A stretch of 16,325 nucleotides of DNA. Source: Crocosphaera sp. (GTDB lineage Bacteria > Cyanobacteriota > Cyanobacteriia > Cyanobacteriales > Microcystaceae). Location: positions 1 to 16,325 of the forward strand of contig JASJDN010000116.1 of the NCBI GenBank assembly GCA_030065205.1, read 5' to 3'. Below are positions 14,149-16,325 of the stretch, in pieces. The translations under genes and the position numbers were made by a program. How positions within the stretch are numbered: the stretch's first letter is position 1; each line of letters starts with the position of its first letter. The notes beneath the pieces are model-generated. The model was not told where the DNA came from. It ran no database searches and saw only the letters and a program-made list of their open reading frames with translations.

Positions 14149-14628
14149 GTGTGTGTAAGTATTATTCATAATATGACCTATTTGTGTGGTAAAGTCTCCT
14201 CTCGTCCTTTAATGATCGCTTTATTTTCCCTGATGTTGGGTTTAACTGCTGTTCCGGTACGAGGACAACAACGGATATATAGTCCGATTCCCATTAAATC
14301 TAATGGACCAGTTGCCGATCGCCTCTCAGATCAAGATATTCCGACAGGAGAAGGTGGGTTTGCAAAGGATTACTGGATACAACTAGAAAAAGGGGATCAA
14401 GTCGCCATCGATCTCACGTCTGACGAATTTGATAGTGTGGTGCTATTATTAGGGGCCGATGGTGCCACTATTGCCGAAAATGACGATGGTCCAGACGGAA
14501 GTACCAACTCGTTACTCTTTTCTCGCATCACTGAAACGGGCCGCTATATTATCCGTGTTCGTGCGTTTGGAGAAACCGGAGGGGGCAATTTTCGCCTCAA
14601 TGTCACCCGTTTACGGCCTGTGAATTGA
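14149..14628 (+). CDS. Secreted protein with a bacterial pre-peptidase C-terminal (PPC)-like domain
   Basis: Signal-peptide-like N-terminus 'MIALFSLMLGLTAVPVRGQQ', then 'DYWIQLEKGDQVAIDLTSDEFDSVVLLLGADGATIAENDDGPDGSTNSLLFSRITETGRYIIRVRAFGETGGGNFRLNVTR'. Confidence 0.85.
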   Translation: MCVSIIHNMTYLCGKVSSRPLMIALFSLMLGLTAVPVRGQQRIYSPIPIKSNGPVADRLSDQDIPTGEGGFAKDYWIQLEKGDQVAIDLTSDEFDSVVLLLGADGATIAENDDGPDGSTNSLLFSRITETGRYIIRVRAFGETGGGNFRLNVTRLRPVN

Positions 14629-15369
14629 TAACAGACATAAAATCAACGTTTCTGTCCATTCTACCACTGCCCCGTAGGTGTCCCCAGTATGACCCCCAAA
14701 GCGATGATGAAACCAAGCAGCAACCCCTAACGCGATCGCCATTCCTATCCCTGCTACTGTTAACCCTAACCTCCATTGATCGGGGTAAAATAGGATAAAT
14801 ACCCCAGTCATTCCCCATAAAGCGATGAAACCTCCTAATATATCTTGGGGAACTTTCATATACTGTTTATGAAACGCTCCTTTTCCAGTGGGTTTGAGAT
14901 AGGGATAAAAGGCGATCGCATTCACTTGTCCCCATCGTCCCCAACCATAGGCCATCATTAACCCCCAACAGCGATGGTCAACAATGGCACTCAAAGCAAC
15001 GATTTTCAACAAAATGAGCATTGTGCCGGCCATAACCCCAAATGCCCCTGTAACGCTATCCTGCATCACTTCTAGGCGTTTTTCGGAGTCGGTAACGGCT
15101 AATCCATCGGCACTATCCATGACTCCATCTAAGTGTAATCCGCCGGTGAAATAAATCCCAAACCCAATAATTAAGGCACTTCGGACGGTGATGGGAAATC
15201 CTATCCAGTTAAATAGTATATCGATGATGGCTAATAATGCGCCGATTCCTAGACCAATGATGGGGGACCAACGAGCGATCGCCTGAAAATTTTTTGGCCA
15301 ATGATCAGGTAAGGGAATAATGGTATAAAAAATAATCGCCCCTAGTAGGGATGGGATAGCAGTTTTCAA
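14611..15369 (-). CDS. cobS: Adenosylcobinamide-GDP ribazoletransferase (cobalamin-5'-phosphate synthase)
   Basis: 252 aa membrane protein with 'TGGLHLDGVMDSADGLAVTDSEKRLEVMQDSVTGAFGVMAG' and 'GHTGDTYGAVVEWTET'. Confidence 0.95.
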   Translation of the reverse strand: MKTAIPSLLGAIIFYTIIPLPDHWPKNFQAIARWSPIIGLGIGALLAIIDILFNWIGFPITVRSALIIGFGIYFTGGLHLDGVMDSADGLAVTDSEKRLEVMQDSVTGAFGVMAGTMLILLKIVALSAIVDHRCWGLMMAYGWGRWGQVNAIAFYPYLKPTGKGAFHKQYMKVPQDILGGFIALWGMTGVFILFYPDQWRLGLTVAGIGMAIALGVAAWFHHRFGGHTGDTYGAVVEWTETLILCLLSIHRP

Positions 15370-15782
15370 TTTGGTTTAGTGGAATTGTTATCAATTTTAG
15401 AGAAGATTGAAGATTTAACTACCTATGTGTAGAAACTTTACGATCCCAAAATTAAGGGTTATCTCTCAAAGGTTCAAGAAATGCTTAGGGAATATTGCGG
15501 TAACATAATGTTAGATGGCACTTGGCTGAGGGTCATTTTCACCCATTTGACTATTTTAGCCTGGCCTTGAACTGACATGAGTTCGGTGTTAAATGATTTT
15601 TGATTCTTATAATCGTCTTTTTCCCTAAAGACTGGATCGGACTTTCAGCTTATTCCGAACTCAGACTAACCTAGATGCCTAATTTTATCTCAATCTAATC
15701 ATGCTACCAGACAACAAAATCAGGATGTCTCCTAGCGTTGGTTGAAAGTCGTCAGCAAAATTGTTTCTCTGCTCCCATTTAG

Positions 15783-15809
15783 AGAGAAAAGCTTATTCTG
15801 GCTTTCTCT
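15783..15809 (+). promoter_or_regulatory. Possible hairpin upstream of the 15870 gene
   Basis: AGAGAAA(A)GC-TTATTCTG-GCTTTCTCT: 9 paired positions with a single-base bulge. Confidence 0.3.
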
Positions 15810-15869
15810 TTATAACTCCTACAGTCTTTAGACTGAATTACCAATTGTTGTGCTTTCAGGCAATTTCTT

Positions 15870-16325
15870 ATGAGTCACCATCACCCCTCACACCCGTTCC
15901 CAGCCCCTTGTATTATTGATTTTGGGATTATTGTTAATGCTGAGGACATGAAACGTATTCTCAACGATCTCGGAAGGGTTCGTTATATTCATACCCTCGA
16001 TGGACAGCTAGAAAGCGAAGGGGAGGGATGGATCGTTGAAGTCTTTAATGATCCGAATCAAGCAACCATTGTGGTTAATCGTTCTTTGTATCTCAATGTT
16101 CAAAGTTTCGATTATTTACAACTTCAACAGTCCGAAAAGCAAGAAGCGTATTTTGATTTGATTCAGGATCGTCGTTGTTTACGTTTAATTCCCATTACCT
16201 ATGCTTCTCCTCTTCCTGAGAGTAATTCTAATATGGATGCTGCTGCGTTAGAAGCGATGGTTACTCAAGTTTTAGCAGCAAAATGGGATATGCAGTTAGA
16301 TGATGAGGATGATTGTCCTTTTTAG
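15870..16325 (+). CDS. Conserved cyanobacterial hypothetical protein
   Basis: 151 aa complete ORF with ATG start and TAG at the window end. Acidic C-terminus, no family recognised. Confidence 0.75.
   Translation: MSHHHPSHPFPAPCIIDFGIIVNAEDMKRILNDLGRVRYIHTLDGQLESEGEGWIVEVFNDPNQATIVVNRSLYLNVQSFDYLQLQQSEKQEAYFDLIQDRRCLRLIPITYASPLPESNSNMDAAALEAMVTQVLAAKWDMQLDDEDDCPF

Noticed and set aside
14603-14818. 71-aa minus-strand ORF
   Set aside because: Alternative frame on the same strand as cobS, which accounts for this DNA with a well-conserved protein.
1-16325. CRISPR arrays, tRNA/rRNA genes and classic defence operons
   Set aside because: Looked for regularly spaced direct repeats with unique spacers and for recognisable tRNA/rRNA sequence. 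None seen. The only tandem repeats are the in-gene 30-bp units and short heptamer tracts.

Overview
Cyanobacterial chromosomal window; the gene content and HIP1 octamers (GCGATCGC) are typical of that group. Clearly supported genes, in order: a TnpB 3' fragment, a small cupin, glmU, remnants of an Rpn/DUF2887 gene and an IS630-type transposase, a sensor histidine kinase, a MotA/TolQ/ExbB-like channel protein followed by two different single-TM TolR/ExbD-like proteins, a YjbQ/UPF0047 enzyme, a decapeptide-repeat membrane protein, orange carotenoid protein plus fluorescence recovery protein, a class 3 lipase, a CbbX/SpoVK-like AAA+ ATPase with a coiled-coil N-terminus, a PPC-domain secreted protein, cobS and a conserved hypothetical. 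The items most worth a second look are: (1) an un-tracked 54-aa minus-strand ORF at 323..487 that looks like a RiPP/bacteriocin-type precursor, with a double-glycine leader and a Pro/Gly-rich core; (2) a motor-like operon (5389..7855) with two paralogous TolR-like subunits, one keeping Asp and the other carrying Ser at the aligned intramembrane position; (3) several dispersed repeat families, including three ~144-bp MITE-like elements with 'GTCATTGCGA' ends and an internal terminator-like hairpin, and an inverted 53-bp repeat pair bracketing the OCP/FRP region. All homology calls are from recognised motifs; no database search was run.
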